DNA of 64,000 nucleotides, taken from contig OZ024741.1 of NCBI GenBank assembly GCA_964016885.1, positions 21,142,001 to 21,206,000 of the forward strand. Reading direction: 5' to 3'. Source of the DNA: Eledone cirrhosa (taxonomy: Eukaryota). A program made the translations under genes and the position numbers. This document shows, piece by piece, positions 28,033 to 38,254 of the stretch; within the stretch, counting starts at the first letter, position 1; each line of letters opens with the position of its first letter. Under the pieces are notes generated by a model. That model was not told the DNA's origin. It saw only the letters and a program-made list of their open reading frames with translations, and searched no databases.

Positions 28033-31000
28033 ATGTACGTAAAGCTACGTATGAGTATGTGGGTGTGTATGTGTGTATATATATGTATATATATATATGT
28101 GAGGGTGCAGGTGTATGCATATGTGGGCCTCTATAATGTGTATTTGTGTTTATATGTTTATGTACACCTCACGGATGATTATATATGGAGTATATATGCA
28201 TTTTATTACTATTATGTTTATTATTCTATCATATATTCATTGTATATATCCATATATGTATGTATGAATGTGTGTACATGTGTATATATAGATTTATATA
28301 TATATTATTATGTATACTATATTGATATTTTATGTTATTTTATGGTATATTGTGTTTTTTATTATATAATGTATTTTTAATTTACGGTTTTGTTTATATA
28401 TGTATATGGAGACACGTGTGTAAGCAAATATGCATTTGTGCAGGTGTCTGCATGTGGCAGTCCGTGTGCGTATGTATATGTATATGTGTGGGTGTGCGTA
28501 GGCATGTAGTGTTTTTTTTGTATCATCATCATCATCATCATCATCAACGTTTAACGTCCGTGTTCCACGCTTGCATGGGTTTGGACGGGGGTAGTCCCAC
28601 TTGAGGCAAGAGTGATTGTCTTGCTCGCATAGGACTGTCTGGCAGGTTTTCTACAGTTGGATGCCCTTCCTAACACCAACCACATTTACAGTGTGGGTCT
28701 GGGAGGTTTTTACCGTGTTGCCTACACGGCCACATTACAGCGTGGACTGTGTGTTTTTTTGTCGTGACACCTACACGATCTCATTTGTTTCGGCCTGGAT
28801 GGCGCGGCACCAACATAACTTTACATAGAACGGGGTGGTGTGGATGGGGTGGGGGTGGTGGCGGGACGGGGTGTATTTTGTTAGAGATGCCTACTGGCAA
28901 GGCGGGTCTTCTCTGTTACTGAGTACCGCCAAAGGTCTCGGTCCAGTGACATTGTCTTGGAGAGGTGTAAGTGTGTGAGGTCGGAGTTTATCAGCTCATC
29001 CCAGGTTTTTCTAGGTCTGCCTATTCCGTGGCTACCGTCTATCTTTATTGCCCTGCACTTTGTTATACAGCTATCGACTTTCATGCGCATCACGTGTCCA
29101 TACCAACGTAGCCTTCTCTCGAGTAAACAACATCTGATCCCTCTTATCTCTAATTTTTTCCTTAGTTCGTTTATGCTTTGCCGTTCACGTATATTACTGT
29201 TACACATCCAGCGGAGCATGCAAGCTTCGTTCCTCTCTAGTCTGCGTATATCCTCTGCACACAATGCCCAGGTCTCACTACCATGCAACATTGCTGTTCG
29301 TATGCAGGCATCGTACAACCTGCCTTTCATTTTTAGGGAGAACCCTTTAGCAGCTAATAGTGGTATAAGCTCTCTGAACTTTTTCCAACCAGTTCTGACT
29401 CTAGCTACAGTACTTTCAGAGCACCCTCCCCCACTGCTGATTTTATCGCCCAGGTAACGGAAGCTGTCCACTATTTCTATAGAACCCTCTGCGCAATTGA
29501 AAGAGCTAGTATTTTGTGGGCACTTGCTGCTACTTATTGCACCAGAACACCGGCCACATGTAAAATCTATGTTCTTAGTTAGCTTACCTGTGATCCCACT
29601 ACATCTTTTATGCACCCATACTTTGCATTTAGGACATAAAATGGAGTTTCTACCTACGCCTTTCCTACACACCGAGCACGATCATTTCCCAGAAGGGACC
29701 GCCGCCTTGTTTTCTTTCCTACAAACTAGAACTTTGGTCTTAGCCAGGTTAATTTTAAGTCCTTTTGACTCTAGGCCGTGCTTCCATGTTTGGAATTTCT
29801 TCTCTAGCTCGGCCATTGATTCCGCTATGAGTGTCAGGTCGTCTGCGTATAGGAGTTCCCATGGGCAGCCTGTCTTGAACTCCTCTGTTATAGCCTGAAG
29901 GGCAATAATAAATAGTAGGGGGCTGAGAACAGAGCCCTGATGGACGCCAACTTTTACGCTAAACTCTTCACTATATTCGTTGTTAATTCTAACCTTGCTG
30001 ACTGTTTCTTTATTCATGGCTTGTATAGCCCTCACAAGCCATTCGTCAACGCCTAGTTTTCTAAGAGCCCACCAGATAATGGAGCGGGGGACTCTGTCGA
30101 AGGCTTTCTCCAGGTCGACAAAAGCTAAGTAGAGGGGTTTACCTTTAGCTAGGTACTTCTCCTGTAGTTGTCGTACTATGAAAAGAGCGTCTGTGGTGCT
30201 TTTGCCTGACACAAACCCGAACTGCATTTCATCTAGGTCAATTCTCTCTCTGATTAGTTGCGCTATTACTTTTTCCGTGACCTTCATGACCTGGTCGATT
30301 AATTTAATGCCTCTATAGTTACTCCTATCTAGGGCGTCTCCTTTACCCTTATAACAGTTAACGATGATGCTGCTATGCCAGTCCTTCGGAACAACCCCAT
30401 TCTGTACGACTTGGTTAACTATGCGGGTGACCATGGTGTGTCCCACCGTGCCAGATGCCTTCAGCATCTCAGCAACTATTTCCGAAGGCCCAGCCGCCTT
30501 ACCCATCTTCATATCCTTGATTGCCTTACTTATTATACTCCCCTCGACTAACACTGCTGGTCCCTCTATTGGGTCGATATGGGGGAGACTGTCTTTCTCC
30601 CATTTATTCTCTTCATTTAGTAGCCTTTCATAGTGACACTTCCAAGCTACCTTCTTATCAGTGTCGGTGATGGCAAGTATGCCATCATCGTTAAGTACAC
30701 ACTTCTCCCCGACAATATCACGGTTTTCCTTGACGCATTGCCTAGCAATCCTGAACACCTCACGTTTTTGGTCATCGCGTTGTAGAACATGCTTGAACTT
30801 TCTTTCCTCAGCTTCCCTTCTTGCTAAGTACACTTCTCTCCTAGCTTCCCTCCTGGCCACTTGATAGTCTACTCTACTTCCCCCATCCCGCCATACTTTC
30901 CAAGCCTGCTTTTTGGCCTTAATTGACCCCTCCACCTTACTGTTCCACCACCATGTTACTCTCCTCCTGCCTACAGGCCTGCTCCAGCCACAGACTTCGT

Positions 31001-32670
31001 CTGTCGCCAACAGCAGGTTTGCTTTCAGAAATTCCCACTGTCCCTCTATATTGTCCGATTCTAGATGCTCTTCCTTACTGTCGAAAGCATCAAGTAATAT
31101 GCTTTGAAATTTATTTCTGGCTGTGGGGTCCTTTAGTTTCCATATTTTCCTCCTGAGGATAGTCCTCTTCTGCTGTCGAGTACGTCTCGTCCTGACTATG
31201 AGGTCGCTAATTATCAGTCTATGTTGGGAGGTGCATTCTTCATGGGGGAGGGATTTAGTGTTTACAACAGACACTCTGTCACGTCTTCTGGTAAGGATAT
31301 AATCTACCTGGCTTGTGTGTTCCCCGGATCTATAGGTGATCAGGTGATTGTCACGTTTTTTGAAGTTAGTGTTACAGATAGTTAGGTTATTTGCATCACA
31401 GAATTCCAGGATTCTGGAGCCTTCCTCATTTCTAGTACCAAACCCATAGCCTCCATGGATTTCGTCGTAGCCGTCACAATGTTGTCCAACGTGACCATTT
31501 AGGTCGCCTGCAATAATTATATAGTCACTGTCAGATATTTGGGAGGTAGTTAGCAACAGTGTCTCATAGAATCTGTCTTTTATAGTGCCGGGCAGTCCGG
31601 ATTGGGGTGCGTACGCAGATATTACTGTCACCGTAGTTCTATTGAGGACAAGTCGTATTTTAATTATTCTGTCGTTCACTCTATTTACGTCTATTATCTT
31701 ATCTGCCCACTTTTCTGCTACCATGATTCCTACTCCACCCAGCCCATCGTCGTTTCCCACCCAGAAAAGCTTATAACATCGTTTTTTACCCTCAATGAAT
31801 CTAGCAGACCCACCCCTCCACCTGGTCTCTTGAATACAACAAACATCGACCTCCTTACGTTCAAGCATTTCTACAACCTCGTTAGCGCGACCCTTTAGGG
31901 TGCCTACATTTATGGTACCAACTCTGAAGTTTTGGGTTGCGTTTGGAGGGTGGGGGTGGTGGGGGGCGGGGGGAGATAGGGTTATGTTAGCCATCCGCGG
32001 ACGAAACAAAGAGGAGTGCTCGCATTCTCGTCCACGAGGTGAATTTGACTTTAACTTTGGCATTTTCGCTCTGAGCGTCCAGATTTTTCTCTCCCTTCCA
32101 CTCTCCAGGATTCCGCAGTCCGTCCATCCATCCATCCATCCATCATATATCGAAGGCAACCGGGCAAGCGATAGTATAGGCCTCTGGCTTATGATTGGTC
32201 TGCGTAATAATAATAATGGTGATGCGTGGGGGGGGGGGCTCTGGCTTATAATAATTGTGATGTGTGTGTGTGTGGGGGGGGGGCTCTGGCTTATGATTGA
32301 TGCGTGGGGGGGGGGCTCTGGCTTATGATTGGTCCACGTATTAAGAATGGTGGTGTGGGGGGGTGGGTGGGAGGGGTGTGGGGTAGCTAGCTGGAAGGTT
32401 ATGAATGTTTAACAAGCGATTTAACAAAAAGCAAAACTGCAAGATTTGTTCTGTTCAATACGACAAAAACACTGTATTTAAACCTTAAATAAATAACAAA
32501 AAATACAGATTTCGGATTTTGCGAGATTGGATGTTTGGACTATGTACGAAATTGAGCGTGGAGTAGATAGAGAAAAATTTGTACTTTACGATTACATGGG
32601 TACACCGTAGTAGGGATAATTGAAGCAGCGATGGATTGGCGAAAGTGAATAAACATGAAGGAGAACTTAT

Positions 32671-32725
<55 letters not shown>

Positions 32726-34385
32726 AGCTAAGAGAGAGAGAGAGGGGAAAGGGAAGAAAGAGAGAGGGGAAGGGGGAGAGAGATTGTGGCTGACCGCAGC
32801 CCCTCGTGGAGTAGCTGGAGGGTGAAGGGCGTAGAGCGGATTTTTTGACTTTCAAGTAGCATAATATATATATTTAAAGTAATTTATAAGAAGTAGAATA
32901 TCAGAATCAGTTCCCGTCCCACCCTTGCAAGCAGGGAAAAGCGGACGTAAAATGATGATGATGATGATGATGATGATGTGTGTGTGTGTATGTATGTGTA
33001 TTCTGTATGTATGTATGTCGGACCGGATATATGGCGCGACTTAAGCAGCCGTTAAAAGGCTTGTGGCGGTCTTTATCTAGAAGTGGGTGTGCCTGGGTCT
33101 GTGGAAGTGAGGGAGAGCGTGTGTGTGTGTATATATACATGTATATATATATATGTGTGGGGGTGCGTCTGTCTACGCATGTGTGCGTGTGTGTATGCAC
33201 ACATGTGTCTGTGTCTGCCTGTGTGTATTCGTATGTGTGGGTGCTTGCTCTGAAGTGTGAAGACGTGTGAGATACTGAACCCAGCATGACTCCATTGAAG
33301 TGTGTCGGACGGAAAATGGCTGATGACCCGTGTGGCGGTAAATAGTGACCAGAACTTAAGATGACGTGGAATAGCAACAGCCAATGGCATGACAAGAGTG
33401 GAAGAGGTTTTTTGAGGGTGTTTTTTTATGATAACACTCCAGTGATAAAATTTGCTCCGAACAAATTACCCCTGTTGGAAGGAACCTGCAGCCGTCAAAG
33501 GTGCATGTATAGTACATAGAATAATATACAAATGTCAGGGAAGTGAATAGTGTACGAGTCAGAATATACATGTGTGCGTGTGTATGGAGGGGGAATGTTA
33601 GGTGTAGTGTTGGCGAATCTCAGGAAACATGGAGGTTTTAAAGGATGCAGTGTCTTGACAGCTAATAACTGATGCAGGTAGTTTGTTCCATGCTTCAGCA
33701 ACTCTGAGCGTGAAAAAATGTTTCCGAAAATCATGGGAACTGTGCTGTTTTGTGACTTTGTTGGCATGCCCACGTGTGTTAGATACATGGAAATCAAAAA
33801 TGTACTCAGGGTTGTTGTTGGCAAGATGGTTAGTAATTTTGTGGGTGTTTACCAAGTCAGTTGCCAGACATCGGAACTTCAATGTATCCATGCCCAGGGA
33901 AGCAAGGCATTCAGAGTTGGTTGCACGTCTCTGAACAGTTTCCAGACGGTCAATATTCTGAGCAAGATAGGGGTTCCAGACTGGTGATGCAAATTCTAAG
34001 TGTGGCTGGACTATAGCTATATACAGCTTTAAATAGATAGCTGAAGAACGGCTGAAAAAGGTCTTATTGAGTGATGCTAAGACACCCTCGGTCTTCTTGA
34101 CAATTTTAGAGACATGCTTCGTCCAACGCAAATCGCTGCTGACTGCACTCTAAACAAGGTCATTTCCCTGAGGGTATATATATATATATATATATACACA
34201 CACAGATATTCTGATAGTTTCAGAGGATCCCGTATGGGGTGAAAGCAGAAATTCTTTGCTGAAATTTTAACCTGTACTGATAATAATAATATATATGTGT
34301 GTGTATGTATATGTATGTATGTATATATATGTGTATATGTATATATATATATATGTGTGTGTGTGTGTATGTGTGCATGTACACA

Positions 34386-34416
<31 letters not shown>

Positions 34417-35881
34417 GCCTGCACTTATTCAATTATTCATTTATGTTTTTGAACCATTATGTATGCTAGCAGATACCACCCAAAGGGTGGTATCTGCTAG
34501 TATGTGTAATGTGCATGTTGATATTATATGCAAATATACATGCATGTAGATATATGTAAAATGAAAAATAAATTGACAATATGCACAGAAATTAAAGAGA
34601 GACTGTGTTACACTCTTCTGTAATCAGTAAAGTAATCCATGGTTCATTAAAAAAAGATGATATTATATATAAACCACATTACGGTGAAATATTATGAAAA
34701 CAAAAAAGGAGAAAATAAGATTAGCGACAGAAATATATGAACATTATATAACGAGCGCTAACAGAAGTTAACACTTGAAAATTTTAACAGAAGTGAATCT
34801 TGAAATAAGCAATACATTATATATAAGATTATTTATGTTTAATGAAGAGCTAAGAAATTTAGTAGATAAATTACATTCATAATTTATTCAAAGTAATCCA
34901 ACTTATTTTAATAATGTGAAGTAAAATAATAAACTGGACAGTCTCGTAGTTCTCCAATCATTATATATTCGATATCAATATACCATGTAACAATACAATG
35001 CAGACTGTATCAGTATGGAAAGACAGATATTAAAACAATGATGTTCATTATTTTCATTGATGGTTTTTATTTTTATGATTTTTTGTTTTCCTCCCTTTTT
35101 TTTTAATTTAGGAGCCAAAACCTGTCATACTGGATATGGTAAGACATCAGGTTGGAAAGTCCCAGTCGGTTTGTTGGTTTCAGCGGGACAGATTTTAAAT
35201 GGAAATTTAGCTGTCAAAGTTGGAAACTATTTCAATAAAAGCTGCGTTCCTGGTGCTTTAGATACTAAAAATAATCCCAATAACAACAACCCTGCTTCTT
35301 TGTGTGCACTTTGTCCAAACAATGGTCAGAAGTGTTCCATGAACAGTAATAATGTTTACTATGGTTATACTGGAGCTTTCCGATGTTTAGTTGAATCCGA
35401 TGCCGATATTGCATTTGTGAAACACACAACAGTTTTGGAGAGCACTGATGGTGTTGGAAAAGAACCCTGGGAGAAGAATCTGAAGTCCGGTGATTATAAA
35501 CTTTTATGTCCTGATGGCACTGAAGATAGTGTTTCCAATTGGTCTAAATGTCATCTTGCCCGAGTGCCTTCTCATGCTATGATTTTCAGAAGGGATAGTA
35601 CTGATGCAAAGCGGATGTTTGAAGTGTTCAGTTCCATGGATTTGAACTCAGAAGAAACAAAGCAACTTCTATTCTCTTCCCCTGGTGATAAAAATCTTCT
35701 TTTCAAGGATAGTGCAATTGGACTTTCATTTATTTCTGACACACACCAATACTTAACTAAAGAATACAAGAAGATTCTTGAAGTGTTTGGATCTAAAACA
35801 AATATTTGTTTCTCCTCTGCTTCTACTGTCTATGGCACATTCACCTTGCTACTAATTACCATCATTACCATTTTCTTCTAG
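8381..35881 (+). CDS. MELTF: Melanotransferrin-like bilobal transferrin with predicted GPI signal; 7 coding exons visible (about 664 codons); first (signal-peptide) exon not identified
   Basis: Exons 8381-8463, 9719-9854, 17898-18152, 21027-21410, 22615-22861, 26532-26650 and 35112-35881 join in frame with GT-AG sites; two transferrin lobes; hydrophobic C-terminus. Symbol is by family and GPI tail; orthology untested. Confidence 0.9.
8503..9148. mobile_element. piggyBac-type MITE interrupted by an RTE 3' end (8612-8757) and a tRNA-derived SINE (8762-8948)
   Basis: TTAA|CCCTTTAGCA ... TGCTAAAGGG|TTAA. Confidence 0.8.
9719..9854 (+). CDS. MELTF: Transferrin-family exon (VPNIYRCMKLVKEGKVDVLPVSDTDLYPAGKFLGLKPFLQE)
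   Basis: tttttcag / gtgagt; aligns to [21 protein letters not shown]...LKPVVAE of serum transferrin. Confidence 0.9.
9877..10095 (+). mobile_element. tRNA-derived SINE type 1; other copies near 1290(-), 8762, 25565, 25728, 26315, 46970, 47455, 47785(-), 48215 and 53818
   Basis: tRNA-like head and B-box (GAGTTCAAATCC in better copies); central GCCTTTCATCC...GGGGTCGATAAAATAAAGTACCAG, which from memory resembles the Nin/Deu SINE domain; (ATT)n tail. Confidence 0.85.
10469..10721. mobile_element. MITE with a perfect 25-bp terminal inverted repeat (CAGGACGGTCCCTCCCACCGCTTGC)
   Basis: 10469-10493 is the exact reverse complement of 10697-10721; no clear target-site duplication. Confidence 0.75.
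10750..11060 (-). mobile_element. RTE LINE 3' fragment
   Basis: MLHGSETWAL and CMLRWMC motifs. Confidence 0.85.
11071..11376 (-). mobile_element. tRNA/CORE-like SINE with RTE-derived tail
   Basis: Reverse complement of 39659-40040. Confidence 0.8.
11630..13531 (+). mobile_element. Degraded, internally deleted RTE LINE with 3' UTR and (ATG)n tail
   Basis: Frameshifted homology to the 28522-32160 element, including LYADDL and the PHD-like segment. Confidence 0.9.
13545..13669 (-). mobile_element. Short LINE (RTE-X-like) 3' end with (GAA)n tail
   Basis: Minus strand reads LLRDANIDNIDELRNVMLD*DDWRR. Confidence 0.5.
13927..14342. repeat. 54-bp minisatellite inside the Helitron 5' region, about 7-8 copies
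   Basis: Unit ACTCTCTCTACTCCCCCCTCAATCTCCTCTGCAACTCYCTTTAAAAGGTTCATC. Confidence 0.9.
14402..17150 (+). pseudogene. Helitron Rep-helicase pseudogene (C-terminal Rep plus PIF1 helicase)
   Basis: HUH motif GLPHAHILIW, YICKYVNKG, Walker A GPGGTGKT, VWDEC, GDFWQ, FAMSINKSQ, HGQLYVA; split over four ORFs by frameshifts. Confidence 0.93.
17898..18152 (+). CDS. MELTF: Transferrin-family exon (YKAVIAIKK...KKSCHTGAGKTTGW...FFSESCVPG)
   Basis: Classic transferrin motifs; ttttcag / gtaaga; phase 1-1. Confidence 0.95.
18226..18462. repeat. 27-bp minisatellite (ACACAGCTGTCTAATGTTACCTWGGCA); short second array at about 20652-20713
   Basis: Tandem unit read directly. Confidence 0.85.
18974..19455. mobile_element. 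piggyBac-type MITE carrying a 255-bp insertion (19152-19406)
   Basis: TTAA|CCCTTTAGCA ... AAAGGG|TTAA; insertion flanked by a 9-bp AAACCTTTA duplication. Confidence 0.8.
19469..19980. repeat. 32-bp minisatellite (CACAGRTAARTGTTTHTCCAACTGGACTGATC), about 16 copies
   Basis: Tandem unit read directly. Confidence 0.95.
20296..20623. mobile_element. Mariner-like MITE with a tandemly repeated left end
   Basis: TGAGGGTGGGCTAAAAAGTTCATAGGCT versus AGCCTATAAACTTTTCAGCTAACCCTCA|TA. Confidence 0.6.
21027..21410 (+). CDS. MELTF: Transferrin-family exon (YAGYDGAMKCL...GDVAFV...LLCPDG)
   Basis: Transferrin motifs; ttgtag / gtaagt; phase 1-1. Confidence 0.95.
22071..22318. repeat. About 38-bp minisatellite (CCAGCTGGGAGGGGCTACAATTGACATCTAGTCAGGGA)
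   Basis: About six tandem copies. Confidence 0.85.
22615..22861 (+). CDS. MELTF: Transferrin-family exon, linker and start of C-lobe (LRWCTVSSAEMEKC...ADFIVLDGG)
   Basis: RWC and LDGG motifs; tttaag / gtaagt; phase 1-2. Confidence 0.95.
23002..23522 (-). repeat. RTE 3' UTR fragment whose internal motif is expanded into a 48-bp array (about 23165-23520)
   Basis: (CAT)n tail and GGATGCCCTTCCTAAC motif run directly into the tandem units. Confidence 0.88.
23737..24948. mobile_element. Non-autonomous pogo/Tc2-like DNA transposon
   Basis: TA|CCATATATACTCGCGTATAGGTCGCA ... TGCGACCTATACGCGAGTATATACAG|TA. Confidence 0.82.
24985..25560 (+). mobile_element. Decayed LINE RT fragment of a different RTE family
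   Basis: IIPIFKKG, CGFRP..STADQIFALRQ, FIDLEKAY and GRPR, with frameshifts and deletions. Confidence 0.75.
25954..26504 (-). mobile_element. Non-autonomous Helitron-like element with a palindromic CTAG end; SINE inserted at about 26317-26410
   Basis: Homologous to 44371-44821; SINE flanked by a TTATTTATTCAAAG duplication. Confidence 0.7.
26532..26650 (+). CDS. MELTF: Transferrin-family exon (CDIEPKIAEKH...SYFAVAVVKK...NLKG)
   Basis: YFAVAVVKK motif; tttcag / gtttgt; phase 2-1 fits both neighbours. Confidence 0.93.
26688..27014 (-). mobile_element. tRNA/CORE-like SINE; related copies at about 18478-18720 (+) and 41340-41590 (-)
   Basis: Minus strand GGCTTAGTGGTTAGAGCG head and GTCCTTGAGCAAGACACTTTATTTCAC core. 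Confidence 0.8.
27215..27690 (-). mobile_element. Older RTE LINE fragment (PHD-like segment to RT C-terminus, deleted)
   Basis: CRKGVSRNSIQCPKCKLWVHKRC and related motifs. Confidence 0.8.
28522..32160 (-). mobile_element. Near full-length RTE-clade LINE: APE endonuclease, RT and PHD-like finger; one in-frame TGA at 29682-29684
   Basis: IQETRW, AYAP, GDLNGH, QVDYIL (APE); DLEKAFD, GVHQGSVLSP, LYADDL, FRYLG, LHGSETW (RT); ORFs 29682-32159 and 28881-29672 share a frame; (TGA)n tail. Confidence 0.97.
33590..34142 (-). mobile_element. 5'-truncated CR1/L2-group LINE 3' coding end
   Basis: LYIAIVQPHLEFASPVWNP, LETVQRRAT, TRGH, FFTLRVAEAWNKLP. Confidence 0.9.
34216..34266 (+). ncRNA. Hammerhead-like motif with non-canonical core (CAGAGGA), probably inactive
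   Basis: Stems I-III foldable by eye; homologous to 41830-41880; G at the cleavage position. Confidence 0.35.
34466..34972 (-). mobile_element. Non-autonomous Helitron-like element, second subfamily
   Basis: Perfect hairpin CTAGCAGATACCACCC-AAA-GGGTGGTATCTGCTAG; body homologous to 25954-26504. Confidence 0.7.
35112..35881 (+). CDS. MELTF: Transferrin-family last coding exon, C-lobe plus GPI signal
   Basis: TCHTGYGKTSGW, YYGYTGAFRCL, AFVKH, HLARVPSHA, LLFKDSA; ends SSASTVYGTFTLLLITIITIFF*. Confidence 0.96.
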
Positions 35882-35919
35882 GATGATTTTTTTTTAACCA
35901 TCTAATATATATGCGAGTC

Positions 35920-35963
<44 letters not shown>

Positions 35964-36172
35964 CACACACACACATATATATATATATATATGTATACAC
36001 ACACACACATATATACATATATGTATACATGTATGAGTTATTCATTTACTGATAATTTTCATTTTAACTTTTGCCCATTTCTTCTGCTCAAACTTCTCTC
36101 TCACTATTTTACATATTCAAAATATTTTTCTATCTTTGTAATATTTAGAAATCTTTCATAATATCTATGTAA

Positions 36173-36178
36173 AATAAA
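36173..36178 (+). promoter_or_regulatory. Candidate polyadenylation signal of the transferrin-family gene
   Basis: AATAAA about 290 nt after the stop codon. Confidence 0.5.
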
Positions 36179-36410
36179 TATATTTCTACAACACCTATTT
36201 TAAACCATACATCACACACACACGTGTACCCAACTGCGTGCATATACATATATGTTTTCTTTAGTTTAGTCTCAGGATGAAATGTAATATTCTGCTAGAC
36301 TTCAACCCAAATAGGTTTAAATTAAGGATAGAATTTATACATCCTCCCAAACAATTCCTGTTGTGAAACATCATTGGTATAAAGTAGAAGCAGTATCTCT
36401 GTTAGATATG

Positions 36411-36577
36411 CAGACCTGTCAACTCTCCCCATCTGAAGGGGTGATATCCCATCCACTTTGGGGTGAGCGAGAGATGTGAAAATGGGTATAGCTTTCATTT
36501 TGCCTAATTTCTCTCCGTTTTGGGACACATTTGTTCATGGTACTTCCCGTTTGGGTTTATAGAGGTTGGCAGGTCTG
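36411..36577. mobile_element. Short hAT-like MITE
   Basis: CAGACCTGTCAAC ... GTTGGCAGGTCTG inverted repeat. Confidence 0.55.
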
Positions 36578-36892
36578 GATCTGTAACTCATTGGGTCAAA
36601 GACAAGCACCAGAAATGAGTACTGGAGTACTGTGAATAATCAGAGTACTTGCCAAATATTCAGGCCTTAAACAAATCTGACTACAACTAATGCAACATTT
36701 ATCCTGCACCTTAGCTAGTAACTTGCACTGGAGTCGGTTTTCATACTAAAAATCTATAGTTGCTCTGTCTTTTATCAACTAACTTACTCAGTGTGTACTA
36801 GTAAGAGGAAAAACACTACTAATGTGAGTTTTAGTACTAAGAAAATGCCAGTTGCTGTGCTTTGTAATACTAACAATACAACAGCTGTATTA

Positions 36893-37462
36893 AACAGGTG
36901 TTGTGTTAACATCAACACAGGTGTTGTGTTAACATCAACACAGGTGTTGTGTTAACATTGTCACAGGTGTTGTGTTGTTAACATTAACACAGGTGTTGTG
37001 TTGTTAACATTAACACAGGTGTTGTGTTGTTAACATTAACACAGGTGTTGTGTTGTTAACATTAACACAGGTGTTGTGTTGTTAACATTAACACAGGTGT
37101 TGTGTTGTTAACATTAACACAGGTGTTGTGTTGTTAACATTAACACAGGTGTTGTGTTGTTAACATTGACACAGGTGTTGTGTTGTTAACATTGACACAG
37201 GTGTTGTGTTGTTAACATTGACACAGGTGTTGTGTTGTTATTTACATTGTCACAGATGTTGTGTTGTTAACATTAACACAGGTGTTAGTGTTGTTAACAT
37301 TAACACATGTGTTGTGTTGTTATTTACATTGTCACAGGTGTTGTGTTGTTAACATTGACACATGTGTTGTGTTGTTATTTACATTGTCACAGATGTTGTG
37401 TTGTTAACATTGACACAGGTGTTGTGTTGTTACTTACATTGTCACAGGTGTTGTGTTAGTGT
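36893..37462. repeat. 26-bp minisatellite (ACACAGGTGTTGTGTTGTTAACATTA), about 21 copies
   Basis: Tandem unit read directly. Confidence 0.95.
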
Positions 37463-38060
37463 TACCACCGATGTCTTAATGTTAACAACACAGTACTAAA
37501 AGTACTGTCAGTTACTAGTTTCTGTAAGTAATACTAAAAAGACAACTGCTCTTCTGCTTTTAGTAACTATATTTTTTTTAAATAATTTCCTCCATACTAA
37601 TATTAAATAAACAGAAGTGCCTTTTCAGCAAATGTCTTTCATACGTAATAAAACTTTTGTATCCATTCTTTATCTTCTTTCTTAACTGAGATTGTTATTC
37701 TGGAAATCTGTTAGAATTATACTTAGGCCGAGCTCCCATTATATATATGTAAAGTGGTTGTGTAGGTGTCACAACAAAACGCACCCAGCACACATTGTAA
37801 ATGTGGTTGGCATTAGGAAGGGCATCCAGCTGTAGAAACCAAGCCAGAAACAGTTCTGTGTAAGCAGGACATGGTCACCTGACCCAACTTGCTTCAAATG
37901 GGACAACAGATCTAACCCATGCTAGCATGGAAAAATGGACATTAAACAATGATGATGGTGTATATATATGTATGTAAAAGGTAAACAGGAATAACAACAC
38001 AATCGGTACAGTATATGGAAGGGATATATTAGGTTAACGCTTGATATAGCAGGAAGAGGG

Positions 38061-38096
38061 TCTTAACGTTTCGGACGCTAGTCCCTCATCAGAAGA
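38061..38096 (-). ncRNA. Minimal type I hammerhead ribozyme motif in a Penelope-like terminal repeat; degenerate second copy at 40145-40180
   Basis: ucuu-CUGAUGA-g-ggac(uagc)gucc-GAAAC-GUU-aaga; palindromic stem III (AACGUU). Confidence 0.65.
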
Positions 38097-38254
38097 AAGA
38101 ATGAGAAATAAGATAGATTGAGGGGACCGGTGGGTTGGAATTGGAAAAAATGTCTTTAGATAAAAATAACAGGTCCATTCATGTTGACATCTCTTGCAAA
38201 ACTGTTGGGGCTAGTGTTTTATGTATGATTTATTTTTTAGAAAAGTGGATGATG

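Noticed and set aside
27773-28604. Hydrophobic Cys/Val/Tyr-rich ORFs (also 32907-33395, 34077-34549, 35925-36161)
   Set aside because: (TG)n/(TA)n low-complexity sequence
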